A DNA stretch of 64,000 bases from Candidatus Eiseniibacteriota bacterium (GTDB lineage: Bacteria; Eisenbacteria; RBG-16-71-46; CAIMUX01; VGJL01), in assembly GCA_963792585.1 (NCBI GenBank), contig CAWBWI010000003.1:256001-320000 (forward strand), read 5' to 3'. Shown one piece after another: positions 1 through 9,722 of this stretch. The notes under the pieces were generated by a model. It had not been told where the DNA came from. It made no database searches and was given only the letters and a program-made list of their open reading frames with translations. The translations under genes were made by a program, and so were the position numbers. Each line of letters opens with the position of its first letter. Within the stretch, counting starts at the first letter, position 1.

Positions 1-474
1 GCCCTTGCGCGTCGAGGAGAAGATCGCGTCGACCTGGCCGAGAGTCAACCCCTGGATCGGGTTATCCCGGTTCACCCACACCGCGAGCGCATCCAGCGAG
101 GTACGGATATGAGACGGCTTGTAACCGACTTTCTTCTCGAACGCGTCGATCTCATCGGGCTTCATCTCGCGCGACATCGGCCCGAGTTGGGCCGTCCCCT
201 CGATCAATGCTGGCGGAGCTGTGGAAGAACCCTTCCCCTCCACCTGAATCGTCACGCTCGGATAGCGCTTCTTGAACCCCTCCTGCCAAAAGGTCATGAG
301 GTTGTTCATCGTGTCGGAGCCGATCGAGCCAAGACTTCCCGAGATTCCTGCCGTGGCCTTGTAAGGGACGACTCCCTCGGGGACCTTGATCGCGTCCTGC
401 GCCCGGGTCGCACCCGCGACCGCAAAGGTGAAGACCGCGGCCAGGATCCACTCCATCCAGATACCCTTCTTCAT
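1..474 (-). CDS. pstS: Phosphate ABC transporter substrate-binding protein (N-terminal part, runs off window)
   Basis: Manual translation: MKKGIWMEWILAAVFTFAVAGATRAQD...GSDTMNNLMTFWQEGF...GKGSSTAPPAL...GPMSR...DALAVWVN, the PstS motifs. GAAGGAG RBS before ATG 474. Confidence 0.9.
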   Translation of the reverse strand, partial: MKKGIWMEWILAAVFTFAVAGATRAQDAIKVPEGVVPYKATAGISGSLGSIGSDTMNNLMTFWQEGFKKRYPSVTIQVEGKGSSTAPPALIEGTAQLGPMSREMKPDEIDAFEKKVGYKPSHIRTSLDALAVWVNRDNPIQGLTLGQVDAIFSSTRKG

Positions 475-520
475 GGTTACCTCCTTCAGACTCGATCACC
501 ATGGCGGGCTCCGGCTGGCG

Positions 521-553
521 GAAGGTGAAGGCTCCATTAAGACTCTGCAAAGA
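521..553 (-). promoter_or_regulatory. Candidate Pho-box array upstream of pstS
   Basis: Three 11-bp-periodic units on the minus strand: TCTTTGCAGAG / TCTTAATGGAG / CCTTCACCTTC, about 47 bp upstream of pstS. Confidence 0.45.
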
Positions 554-598
554 ACGGGCGACTTGCCCCCGTCTTGGCGCAACCGTATCCTGGAACGG

Positions 599-1894
599 AT
601 GTTGCACCATCAAGGAGCCAGTCTGGGGAACGCGCTGTCGCCCATTGCGGTGGTCCCCTTTGTCGCCATGCTCCTGGCGATCGCGATTCTTCCTATGGCC
701 TGCCCCCACTGGTGGGAACCCCTCCGTCGAAAGCTGGGCGTTTCGGTCGCCCTTTCGATCCCGATCGTGCTTCTGCTCCTCTTGCGCGGTCCCCACGATC
801 TGGGACGCGCCCTGCACGAATATGGATCGTTCCTTTGCATGCTTGGATCTCTGTTCGTGATTTCCGGGGGGGTTCTCCTGACCGGGGACCTCCGGGCGAC
901 GCCGATTGTCAACACGACATTCCTCCTGATCGGCGCCGTCATCGCGAACCTGATCGGCACGACCGGAGCAAGCATGCTCCTCATTCGCCCCCTCCTAAAG
1001 ACGAACTCGGAGCGATTGCACACCGGCCATGTCCCAATCTTCTTCATCTTTCTGGTCAGCAACATCGGCGGCTGCCTCACCCCGCTCGGCGATCCTCCGC
1101 TGTTCCTTGGATTCCTGCGCGGCGTGCCGTTTGCCTGGACTCTGCGGCTCTGGCCCGAATGGCTCGCGGCGGTGTGCGCGCTCCTCTTGATCTTCTACGT
1201 CTTCGACACGATCCAGTACCGTCGAGAGTCGCGCACAACCGAGATTCTTGACCGGATCGATGTCGAGCCATTGCGGATCCGCGGCACCATGAACCTCTTG
1301 GGTCTGCTCGGTGTGCTCGTGCTCGTTCTCTGGGTCCCGACACCCTGGAGGGAGCTGGGGATGATCGCTCTCGCGAGCGCCTCCTACTTCCTCACGCCGC
1401 GTCCGGTGCACCAGGGGAACCGCTTCTCGTTCTATCCGATTCAGGAGGTCGCAGTCCTCTTCCTGGGGATTTTCGTGACGATGGTCCCCGCGCTCCTCAT
1501 CCTCGAGGCGCGCGGCGCCGAGTTGGGGATCTCGCGGCCCTGGCATTTCTTCTGGGCGACTGGAGGAATCTCCTCCTTCCTCGACAACGCCCCGACCTAT
1601 CTCGCGTTCACTTCGATGGCGATGGGACTCCACCAGATCGTGGCGGAGGGGGCGCGCCCGCTCATGGGTCTGATCGATCACCCCGGAGGAGCTATCTCCT
1701 TGCGCGCGATTTCCGTTGGGGCGGTATTCATGGGGGCAAACACCTATATCGGCAACGGCCCGAATTTCATGGTCAAGTCGATCTGCGAGGAGCGTGGGGT
1801 GAGGATGCCGTCCTTCTTCGGTTACATGGCATGGTCTGGAGCCATTCTCGTGCCCCTATTCGTCCTGATCACACTGATCTTCTTCCGGGGATGA
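599..1894 (+). CDS. Putative Na+/H+ antiporter (IT superfamily, CitMHS-like)
   Basis: Polytopic membrane protein with GTTGASMLLIRP, NIGGCLTPLGDPPLFLG, SSFLDNAPTY, GANTYIGNGPNFMVK. Start moved to ATG 599. Confidence 0.85.
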   Translation: MLHHQGASLGNALSPIAVVPFVAMLLAIAILPMACPHWWEPLRRKLGVSVALSIPIVLLLLLRGPHDLGRALHEYGSFLCMLGSLFVISGGVLLTGDLRATPIVNTTFLLIGAVIANLIGTTGASMLLIRPLLKTNSERLHTGHVPIFFIFLVSNIGGCLTPLGDPPLFLGFLRGVPFAWTLRLWPEWLAAVCALLLIFYVFDTIQYRRESRTTEILDRIDVEPLRIRGTMNLLGLLGVLVLVLWVPTPWRELGMIALASASYFLTPRPVHQGNRFSFYPIQEVAVLFLGIFVTMVPALLILEARGAELGISRPWHFFWATGGISSFLDNAPTYLAFTSMAMGLHQIVAEGARPLMGLIDHPGGAISLRAISVGAVFMGANTYIGNGPNFMVKSICEERGVRMPSFFGYMAWSGAILVPLFVLITLIFFRG

Positions 1895-1895
1895 G

Positions 1896-2657
1896 ATGAC
1901 CCCTACCGCCGACCCGTACGATACGTTCGCGCGTGTGTATGACGCATGGCAGGCCGGCTTCTCGAAGCCCTTTTCCGAGGCGATTCTCCCATTCTACGAG
2001 AGGGAGATCCTCGCGCGCGGCGCGCCCGAGCATTCGCTGGCCGATCTCGCCTGCGGGACGGGGACATTCCTCGATGCCTGGCGCAAGCGCCACCCGGAGT
2101 GGAGGCTCGTCGGTACCGATCAATCGACGGCGATGCTGTCCGTCGCGCGTCGCCGCCTCGGCGGCGGTGTCTCTCTCCTCGCGCAATCTCTGCAGAAGAC
2201 GGCTCTCTCCCCTCCGGTCGGGGCAATCGTCTGCGTCTTCGATAGCGTAAATCATCTCCTGAAGGCCGCCGATCTCGCGCGAACATTGCGCGCCGTGCAT
2301 CGCTCCCTGCTCCCCGGCGGTCTCCTCCTGTTCGACGTGACGGACGAACGGACCTTTCCCAGCTTCTTTCAGGGCACTTGGACTGTTGAGACCGAGGACC
2401 TCCACGTGACGGCGACCGCGGCGTGCTCTCCGGACCGGAGGTCCGGACGGATCGGCTTCACCGTCTTCGACCGTCTGGGACGCGTGTGGCGTCGGAGCGA
2501 TTTCGATGTCCGGGAGCGAAACTGGCCGGCCCGGGAGCTTCGCGCAGCGCTCGGAGCGGCCGGGTTCTCCGTTCTGCGCATGCGTCGGGTCCAGCCATAT
2601 CCTCCTGAGGAGGCGGACCCGCCTCGGCCCCTCTGGATTGCCCGCCGTTGCCAGTGA
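1896..2657 (+). CDS. Class I SAM-dependent methyltransferase
   Basis: DLACGTG motif I, DQSTAML, CVFDSVNHL, LLPGGLLLFD. Confidence 0.85.
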   Translation: MTPTADPYDTFARVYDAWQAGFSKPFSEAILPFYEREILARGAPEHSLADLACGTGTFLDAWRKRHPEWRLVGTDQSTAMLSVARRRLGGGVSLLAQSLQKTALSPPVGAIVCVFDSVNHLLKAADLARTLRAVHRSLLPGGLLLFDVTDERTFPSFFQGTWTVETEDLHVTATAACSPDRRSGRIGFTVFDRLGRVWRRSDFDVRERNWPARELRAALGAAGFSVLRMRRVQPYPPEEADPPRPLWIARRCQ

Positions 2658-2745
2658 AACCGTCGGGGGTCTCCGCTCGTACTCCGCCCATGATATCCTC
2701 GACCTTCGTCGAGTCGCGTCGCTCGGAGCGACGCCGGAGGAGCCG

Positions 2746-4491
2746 ATGAAGTCCTTCCTGCAGACATTGCTCGCCGTTCTCGTGGCCAACGCGCTGATCT
2801 TCGGCTGCTTCGTCATCTTGATTGGGCTTCTGGTCCTCGGCATGAAGAGTGACCTCCCAAAGATCGAGGCCGGGAGCGTCCTGGTCCAAGAAGTCGACGG
2901 GGAGTTGCCCGAGTACGCCCCCCCCACAACGATCTCCGACTTCGGGTCCACGCCCGTGTCCCAGACGATGATCCTGGAAAACCTCGAGAAGGCCCGTGTC
3001 GACAAGAGAATCCGCGCTGTCGTCCTCAGAATCGGTTTGCCCGGCGTCGGCTACGCAAAGATGGACGAGTTGACCGGGCGCATCCAGCAATTGCGCAAGT
3101 CCGGCAAGCCGGTGATCGGCTACCTCGAGTCGCTCAACAATCGCTCACTCTACCTGGGCGCCGCCTGCGACAGCCTGTTGCTGATGCGGAACGGCTATGT
3201 CTCCCTGCACGGCTTCGCGTCCGAGCGACCTTTTATCAAGGGGACCCTCGAGAAGCTCGGGATCAAGGACAACCTCCACAGGATCGAGAAATACAAGTCG
3301 GCTGCGGAGATGTTCCAGCGCAAGGAAATGTCGCCCGAGTCTCGCCGAAACATCGATTGGATGCTCGACGTCTACTACCCCAACTTCCTCAGGACGATCG
3401 AGGAGGGGCGCGGGCTCGAACCCGGAACGTTCGAATCGGCCGTCCTCTCCCAGGGCGCGTTGATCCCGCGGGAAGCCCTTGCCGCGCGTCTCGTCGACCG
3501 CCTGGTCTACTGGGACGAGGTTGAATCCTCCCTGCTCCATCTCCCCGGCGTGAAACCGGCATCTTCCGGCAAGGCGCGGCTTGGCCCCCGTCCCCGAATG
3601 GTTAAGGGAAGCGACTATGCGAAGATCTCGCGCGGGCAGGCGGGAATCGCCGGAAAGAAGAAGATCGCGATCGTGCACGCGCAAGGTTTGATCGCCGGTG
3701 AGAAGAGCGGCTGGGCCTTCCCGTTCGGGATGACGATGGGTGGCGCCACCATGGAAGAGGCCCTTCGGCAGGCCGTCGAGAACGACGGCGTCTCGGCCAT
3801 CGTTCTCCGTGTGGACAGCGGTGGCGGGGAAAGCTCGATGTCGTGGAGGATCGGTCGCGCAGTCAAGCGGGCGGCGGCTGCAAAGCCGTTTGTCGTTTCC
3901 ATGGTCGACATGGCCGCCTCGGGCGCCTACATGATCGCCTACCCCTGCACGACTCTCGTTGCCGATCACCTTAGCGTGGTCGGATCGATCGGTTCGATCT
4001 CGGGCAAGTTCAACATGCGGGGCCTTTACGACAGGCTCGGCCTCACGAAGGAGTATGTCACCCGGGGACCGAATGGCCTGATCGACTCCGACTACTTCGA
4101 CTACACCCCGGAGCAGTTCGCCGCCTTCGCGGACCGCCACTGGAAGGACTACTACGAGTGGGTCGATGATGTCGCACGTGTGCGTCACATGGCGCCGGCT
4201 GAAATCGACTCGGTGGGCCGGGGCAGGGTATGGACCGGGGAGCAGGCTCTCGAGCGCCGTCTGATCGACCACCTCGGGACCTTCGACGACGCGGTCCGGA
4301 TCGCCAAGCAGCAGGCTGGGATCCCGGTCAATCAGGATGTTGCCTATGTTCACTATCCGAGGCCGCAGGGTCCGATTGAGGCGCTGAAGAGCGGTGGTTT
4401 GACCGCAGCACTCGTCTCGATGGTGCGTCAGGCGCTCGCCCCCCTCGAGAAGGACGCGAGTTGGGCGGTGGACTGGGATCGTTACCGGTAG
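2746..4491 (+). CDS. sppA: Signal peptide peptidase A (protease IV, long S49 form)
   Basis: N-terminal TM, tandem S49 domains, KYKSAAE, RVDSGGG, AASGAY, GSIGS, GRVWTG. GGAGGAG RBS before ATG 2746. Confidence 0.9.
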   Translation: MKSFLQTLLAVLVANALIFGCFVILIGLLVLGMKSDLPKIEAGSVLVQEVDGELPEYAPPTTISDFGSTPVSQTMILENLEKARVDKRIRAVVLRIGLPGVGYAKMDELTGRIQQLRKSGKPVIGYLESLNNRSLYLGAACDSLLLMRNGYVSLHGFASERPFIKGTLEKLGIKDNLHRIEKYKSAAEMFQRKEMSPESRRNIDWMLDVYYPNFLRTIEEGRGLEPGTFESAVLSQGALIPREALAARLVDRLVYWDEVESSLLHLPGVKPASSGKARLGPRPRMVKGSDYAKISRGQAGIAGKKKIAIVHAQGLIAGEKSGWAFPFGMTMGGATMEEALRQAVENDGVSAIVLRVDSGGGESSMSWRIGRAVKRAAAAKPFVVSMVDMAASGAYMIAYPCTTLVADHLSVVGSIGSISGKFNMRGLYDRLGLTKEYVTRGPNGLIDSDYFDYTPEQFAAFADRHWKDYYEWVDDVARVRHMAPAEIDSVGRGRVWTGEQALERRLIDHLGTFDDAVRIAKQQAGIPVNQDVAYVHYPRPQGPIEALKSGGLTAALVSMVRQALAPLEKDASWAVDWDRYR

Positions 4492-4579
4492 GGCTCGATC
4501 CGGTCCACACCCGTCGGCAGCCTGTTGGCTGAAAGCGGATCGTCCTCATCTCGGACCGAGAGCGACTTGATTGCGGGCT

Positions 4580-5806
4580 CTACTCGGGGGTTTGCTCCTT
4601 CTTCGCGCGTTCGTCCGCGTAGAGCCGCAACGTCTCCTTGTAGCGCTCCGCGTTGTCCGGGTCATAGGTAATCAGATGCTGCGCCATCGCCCGAACCATC
4701 TCAGGGCCTTCGTCCACCGCGATGTAGAGGTTGAAGAGTTCTCGGGCGGCACTCAGGGGGAATCGTGGCGCCTGCCCACGCCATCCCGGCCCCTGGAAGA
4801 AGCCCTCGAGCGATTGTTCGAGGATGTCGCGCCCCTCCTCGATCTTCCCGGCCGCGATGTATGCCCGTGCCGCGAGGTTGACGAGTTCGGGGGACGGATC
4901 CCCCGACATGATCAACCCCTTCGCGATCGCCAGCGCCTCGTCGGCCCCTCCTTGGTGGATCAGAATCTCGGCGTAGAGGGACGCCGCCTCGGCATCGGTC
5001 GGATGGTTCTCGTGCAAGCGCCGTGCTTCCGCGAGCGCCTCCTCGCCCCGGCCGATCTGATCCAGCAGGGAGGCAGCCATCATTCCACGGCGGTAATCGA
5101 GTTCCTCCGGCAACGCCAGTCCCCCGAGCAGCGCAAGGGCCTCCTCGACCTTTCCGTCGAGCATGAGCGCGTTTGCCCTTTCGAGGCGGACAATCGGGTC
5201 GGCGGCGGCGTCCGCGGGGATCTCATCGAATGCCGCGAGAGCCCCGGAGATGTTTCCCTCTTGGAGGAGCAGGAATGCGCCCCGAAAGGGTATCCCCTGG
5301 GCTCGGTATCGCTCGGCAACTTTGCCGGAGAGGGCGTTCATATAGATCTCGAAGAGATCCTCCGGGGTCTGGCCGAAGTCCGCGACTGCCACACCCTCCT
5401 CCGGGGGGATGATCTCCACGTCGGTGGTCTCATCGAGCCCGGCAAGAATCTTCTCCGCCGCGCTCCGCGGGGCAGAGGCGGGATCGAGCTCTTCGAGCCT
5501 GCGCCGGATATCGGGGACTTCGAGGTCGTCTTCGGCGAGCTCGAGGATCGTCTTCAGGCAATCGACCGCCCCCTCGCGCTCCCCCGCGCCAAGGAGCCGC
5601 TCAGCCTCCTCTTCCTGGATCGCGATCAGCCCGCGCCGCGCTCGCCTCCAGCCGTCCTTGGCCTGTGTACGGATCGAGGCGTCGATTCCCTCGCGCCCCA
5701 GTATTTCCTCGAAGGCCGCCCGGGCTTCATAGTAGGACCCGCGGCCGAGGTGTTCGTTCGCTTTGGCCAGCTTCTTCTCCGCATGAAATCCGCCGAATAG
5801 CCCCAC
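4580..5806 (-). CDS. Tetratricopeptide-repeat protein
   Basis: Repeated A/L-rich TPR-like helical pairs (EARAAFEEIL, EEALALL, EEALAEA); abuts the ABC permease gene. Confidence 0.7.
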   Translation of the reverse strand: MGLFGGFHAEKKLAKANEHLGRGSYYEARAAFEEILGREGIDASIRTQAKDGWRRARRGLIAIQEEEAERLLGAGEREGAVDCLKTILELAEDDLEVPDIRRRLEELDPASAPRSAAEKILAGLDETTDVEIIPPEEGVAVADFGQTPEDLFEIYMNALSGKVAERYRAQGIPFRGAFLLLQEGNISGALAAFDEIPADAAADPIVRLERANALMLDGKVEEALALLGGLALPEELDYRRGMMAASLLDQIGRGEEALAEARRLHENHPTDAEAASLYAEILIHQGGADEALAIAKGLIMSGDPSPELVNLAARAYIAAGKIEEGRDILEQSLEGFFQGPGWRGQAPRFPLSAARELFNLYIAVDEGPEMVRAMAQHLITYDPDNAERYKETLRLYADERAKKEQTPE

Positions 5807-6787
5807 CTATTTCCTCCTCCGTAGACAGATCCAAATCAGAAAAGGCGCGCCCACCGCAGATGTGATCGCCCCGACCGGGAGCTCCGCCGGCGCTAGCAGG
5901 AGCCGTGCGAGTAGATCCGCGAGAATCAACCACCCGGCACCCAGTATGGCCGAGAGCGGAAGCAGCCTGCCGTGGGATGGCCCCACGATACCCCTCGCGA
6001 GGTGCGGCACCATCAATCCCAGAAAGCCGATCACCCCGCAATGCGCAACCGACGCGGCGACCGGGATCGTCGTCGCCGCGAGAAGGAGTCCCCGCGTTCG
6101 CCCTACGTCGACGCCCACGCTCCGCGCGGTCTCGTCTCCCCAGAGGATCGCATCGAGGTCGCGCGCCTTCCAGACCCCGAGTCCGAGGCCCACCCCCAAG
6201 CCCGCGCCGACCTGCGCCACACCACCCCAGGTCGCCCCCGCGAGATTCCCCATCAGCCAGAAGAGGACCCCTTCGGGCCCGCGGGGAAGGAGCAGAAGGA
6301 TCACGGATGTGATCGCGGAACAGACGGCCGCCATCGCCAAGCCGATCAGAAGAAGTGTCTCCGTCCGACCCGACCGCATCCGCCCGGAGAGCGAGGCGAC
6401 GAGGGCCACCACGCTAAGCCCGCCGATCATCGCGGCAAACGGTTGGGCCGAGGTGGGGGGGGTGGCCACCGCCACGGTCAGGATGGCGACGGCGAGGCCC
6501 GCACCGCTGGAGACCCCGATGACGTAGGGCCCCGCCATGGGATTCTGAAAATAGGCTTGGAGGAGCACGCCGCTGACGGCCAGAGCCGCTCCCGTCACCG
6601 CGGCGAGTAGCGCCCGCGGAAGACGCAAGTCGACGACCAGGGTGCGTACGGCATCGTGGTTCGACGCGTGTGGGTCGAAGAGCCCTCTGAGAATCCCCAT
6701 TGGCCCGATCGCCGCCGGTCCGACGACAAGGGCAATGGCGAAGACCGCGACGACGAGGATCGCGGCCGGCCAAGTCGCGCCCTTCAT
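5807..6787 (-). CDS. Cobalamin/iron-siderophore ABC permease (FecCD/BtuC family)
   Basis: LRLPRALLA, FQNPMAGPYVIGVSSGA, GDETARSVGV (EAA motif), GVIGFLGLMVPH, GAPF. Confidence 0.9.
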   Translation of the reverse strand: MKGATWPAAILVVAVFAIALVVGPAAIGPMGILRGLFDPHASNHDAVRTLVVDLRLPRALLAAVTGAALAVSGVLLQAYFQNPMAGPYVIGVSSGAGLAVAILTVAVATPPTSAQPFAAMIGGLSVVALVASLSGRMRSGRTETLLLIGLAMAAVCSAITSVILLLLPRGPEGVLFWLMGNLAGATWGGVAQVGAGLGVGLGLGVWKARDLDAILWGDETARSVGVDVGRTRGLLLAATTIPVAASVAHCGVIGFLGLMVPHLARGIVGPSHGRLLPLSAILGAGWLILADLLARLLLAPAELPVGAITSAVGAPFLIWICLRRRK

Positions 6788-7725
6788 CTGGCATCGCCCC
6801 AGTCAAGATCGGGGTGGATGCACCGACCCAGAGACCGGATCGCCAGCACGACTCGGGGGCCAGGGCGCATGAGCCAGTCTTCGGGAACGAGACAGATTCG
6901 TCCGTCCTGCACGGCACGCAGCCCCCGCCATCCGGGCCGCTCTTTGAGGGAGGCGACCAGTGCATCGCGCGAGGTTTGTCCGGTATCGGCGTCCGAGGCT
7001 GCTACGAGGATCCAGGCCGGCTGTTTCTCGACGAGGACCTCGGTCCCGTACCTCGGCCAGGCCACCGGAGCATCGTCCGCGACGTTTCGGCCTCCGGCCA
7101 GAGCAATCGCCTCCGACACATGGGTCCCGGGTCCCGCGGTCCAATCGGGTGAGGCGGGATCGAAGTAGTAGACGGTGGGGTGAGCTGCCTGAGCGATCGC
7201 GCCGCTGGTCCGCCGCAGCTGGGTGAGTCGGCGCTCGAAGTCCCGCAGGGTCCGGCCCGCTTGCGCCGTGTCATCGGGCGCTACGAGATCGATCATCCGC
7301 CGCATCGTGTCGTCCACGGTGTCCATCCCACCCTGAGAATCGAAGGCGTACACGGGAATGCCCACCCGTCGGATCTGATCCTGGACGGCGACGGGATTTC
7401 CCCGGGTGGCCAACACTAGATCGGGATTGATGGCCAAAATTCCTTCGACAGACGGATCGACGATTCCTCCAACGACATGAATTCCAGCAACTTCTGGCGG
7501 AAAGTTGCAGTATCGCGTTACGCCCACAATCCGTTCTCTTCGGACCCCGATTGCGAAGAGGATTTCAGTCAGATTCGGGGATAGGGAGACGATTCGCCGA
7601 GGAGTTGCCCCGACATGAACACTGTGGTCCGTCGCGTCATTATAGGTCGTTTTGGATATTGCCAGTGATTGAATCGGCAGCATCAACACCCAAATCAGGC
7701 CATAAATCAGGACGCGGGATATCAT
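6784..7725 (-). CDS. Cobalamin/iron ABC substrate-binding protein (BtuF-like)
   Basis: Signal peptide, RRIVSLSPNLTEILFAIG, VGVTRYCNFPP, LMRPGPR; 4-bp overlaps with both neighbours. Confidence 0.85.
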   Translation of the reverse strand: MISRVLIYGLIWVLMLPIQSLAISKTTYNDATDHSVHVGATPRRIVSLSPNLTEILFAIGVRRERIVGVTRYCNFPPEVAGIHVVGGIVDPSVEGILAINPDLVLATRGNPVAVQDQIRRVGIPVYAFDSQGGMDTVDDTMRRMIDLVAPDDTAQAGRTLRDFERRLTQLRRTSGAIAQAAHPTVYYFDPASPDWTAGPGTHVSEAIALAGGRNVADDAPVAWPRYGTEVLVEKQPAWILVAASDADTGQTSRDALVASLKERPGWRGLRAVQDGRICLVPEDWLMRPGPRVVLAIRSLGRCIHPDLDWGDAR

Positions 7726-8510
7726 CTGGAGGACTCCGGTCGAGATAGCCGCGGGCTTCCCGACACCGGATCTGCGAAGACCCGGACCATGACCCCGAAT
7801 ATCTCCTCGATGCGCTGGCTCGTGAGCACCTCCGCAGGGGTCCCGTCGGCAACGATCCGGCCACCCTTGAGACCGAGGATCCGGCCAGCGTAGGAGGCGG
7901 CGACCTCGAGATGGTGATCCGCCACGAGGACAAGGCGACCGTCGGCAGCAAGATCCGAAAGCAGTCGATAGACCTCATCCTGATACTGAAGATCGAGGCT
8001 CGCAACCGGCTCATCGAGCAGGAGGACCGGTGCATCCTGGACGACGGCCCGCGCGATCAAGGCGCGTTGCCACTCCCCTCCGCTCAGCGTGTCCACGTCC
8101 CGACCCGCGAGGGCGCCCAGCCCAACCCGCTCCAGTGCGGCCTGCACGGTGGCCGACTCACCCGGCGCCGCGCGAAGGGGCCGGCTAATCCGATAGCGAC
8201 CTACCCGCACCATTTCATATAGGGTCATCGCGAAGACCGTCTCCGCTCGTTGAGGAACCCACGCCGCGAGCCCTGCGATCTCCAGCGCCCCCAGCCCCGT
8301 GAGGGACCTCCCACCGATGGAGACCTCGATTCCCTCACCCCGGATGAGCCCGGCTGCCGTCTTCAGAAGGGTGGATTTGCCCGAACCGTTCCGGCCGACG
8401 AGGGCGACAACCCCAGGACCATCCAGGGATAACTCAATGTCACGCAGGATGGTGTTGCGCCCGTACCCGATGCCGGCCGCTCGAATCCTTAGGCTGGGCG
8501 CGGAAGTCAC
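7722..8510 (-). CDS. Cobalamin/iron ABC ATP-binding protein
   Basis: Walker A GRNGSGKST, LSGGEWQR, LLLDEP, H-loop. GTG 8510 chosen as start (uncertain). Confidence 0.88.
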   Translation of the reverse strand: MTSAPSLRIRAAGIGYGRNTILRDIELSLDGPGVVALVGRNGSGKSTLLKTAAGLIRGEGIEVSIGGRSLTGLGALEIAGLAAWVPQRAETVFAMTLYEMVRVGRYRISRPLRAAPGESATVQAALERVGLGALAGRDVDTLSGGEWQRALIARAVVQDAPVLLLDEPVASLDLQYQDEVYRLLSDLAADGRLVLVADHHLEVAASYAGRILGLKGGRIVADGTPAEVLTSQRIEEIFGVMVRVFADPVSGSPRLSRPESSR

Positions 8511-8578
8511 AATCGCCCCACACCAGGCGGCCAAACGACTTGTCTCCTGGGTGCGCAGTCCGCTATACTTGTAAACGA

Positions 8579-9016
8579 ATGATGACACACAACGCCCGCA
8601 TCAACTCCGACCGTCGCCGGCGTCCGACCCCGGCCATCTCGCGGTTTGCGATCCTTGGGGGTCGGCGGACCATTCGGCGCCGCGGGACGGATCCGGCGAC
8701 CTACTATGTCGATCGGCTGGGAGGACCCGTTTGGCTGGTCCTCCTCGCGATATTCCTTTTCCAAGTGCTCGACGCCTACTTCACTCTGGCCCACCTCCGC
8801 AATGGTGGCGTCGAACTGAACCCGCTGATGGGGCGCCTCATCGACTGGGGCGATGCCCTCTTCATCGGTGTGAAGCTCAGCGTGTCGGCGATGGGTCTCT
8901 GGTTCTTGGGGATTCACAAGAATTTCCCCTTGGTCAAGCCGGGCCTGGCCATCCTCTTTGCGCTCTTCGCGGGCGTCGTGGGCTGGCATTGCATCCTGGC
9001 CGCAGGATTGAGTTAG
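8579..9016 (+). CDS. DUF5658-like small membrane protein
   Basis: Arg-rich N-terminus (DRRRRPTP...YYVDR), LDAYFTL, GGVELNPLM, TM helices. Confidence 0.7.
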   Translation: MMTHNARINSDRRRRPTPAISRFAILGGRRTIRRRGTDPATYYVDRLGGPVWLVLLAIFLFQVLDAYFTLAHLRNGGVELNPLMGRLIDWGDALFIGVKLSVSAMGLWFLGIHKNFPLVKPGLAILFALFAGVVGWHCILAAGLS

Positions 9017-9044
9017 TCCGTCCCTCCGTCCCCTCTCGCACCTC

Positions 9045-9079
9045 GGCCCGGGCGTTCGTCGCGCCCGGGCCTCTTCCTT
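9045..9079 (+). terminator. Intrinsic terminator-like hairpin
   Basis: GGCCCGGGCG-7 nt loop-CGCCCGGGCC then TCTTCCTT, between convergent genes. Confidence 0.55.
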
Positions 9080-9099
9080 CGGGAAGCTCGGATCCGGCA

Positions 9100-9696
9100 C
9101 TAACGCGGTTGTGTGCCGAAGTCCACCTTCGGCGGCGTCGCCGCCTCGGGCGCGGCCTCGAAGGGGGTCGCTTGGCCGAAATGGAAGACCGATGCAATGA
9201 TCACGGCGGGGAAGGTTCGTACGCGGACGTTGTAGTCGCGAACCTCCTCGTTGTACCGGCGCCGCTCGACAGCGATGCGGTTCTCCGTCCCCGCGAGCTC
9301 ATCCTGTAACCGCAGGAACCCCTCGTTCGCCTTGAGATTGGGGTAATTCTCGACGACGACCATCAGGCGGCTCAACGCTCCCGTCAGTTCGTTGTTCGCC
9401 TTGATCTGATCAGAAATCGGTGCGCCTTGCGAGCCGGCTACCTTCGCGCGGGCTTCGGTCACACGGATGAGCACATCCTGCTCGTGGATCGCGTATCCCT
9501 TCACGGTTTCGACGAGGTTCGGGATCAGGTCGAGCCGGCGTTGTAGGACTGTCTGGACCTGTGCCCACGAGGCTTTCATGCTCTCCTGCTGCTTGACGAG
9601 GCCGTTGTATGTGCCCTGGACGTAACCGATCAAGCCGAGTACAACGACCACGATGACGGCGAGAACGGCCAACGTGATGATGGTTCCGCGCTTCAT
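9100..9696 (-). CDS. lemA: LemA family protein
   Basis: N-terminal TM, QRRLDLIPNLVETVKGYA, VVENYPNLKAN, GTENRIAVERRRYN. ATG 9696 with GGAGG RBS. Confidence 0.92.
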   Translation of the reverse strand: MKRGTIITLAVLAVIVVVVLGLIGYVQGTYNGLVKQQESMKASWAQVQTVLQRRLDLIPNLVETVKGYAIHEQDVLIRVTEARAKVAGSQGAPISDQIKANNELTGALSRLMVVVENYPNLKANEGFLRLQDELAGTENRIAVERRRYNEEVRDYNVRVRTFPAVIIASVFHFGQATPFEAAPEAATPPKVDFGTQPR

Positions 9697-9722
9697 GCTT
9701 TCCTCCCTGTCCTTCAGTCTGC

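Noticed and set aside
8511..8578. Cobalamin riboswitch ahead of the Btu-like ABC genes
   Set aside because: The gap is only about 70 bp and no B12-box is visible.
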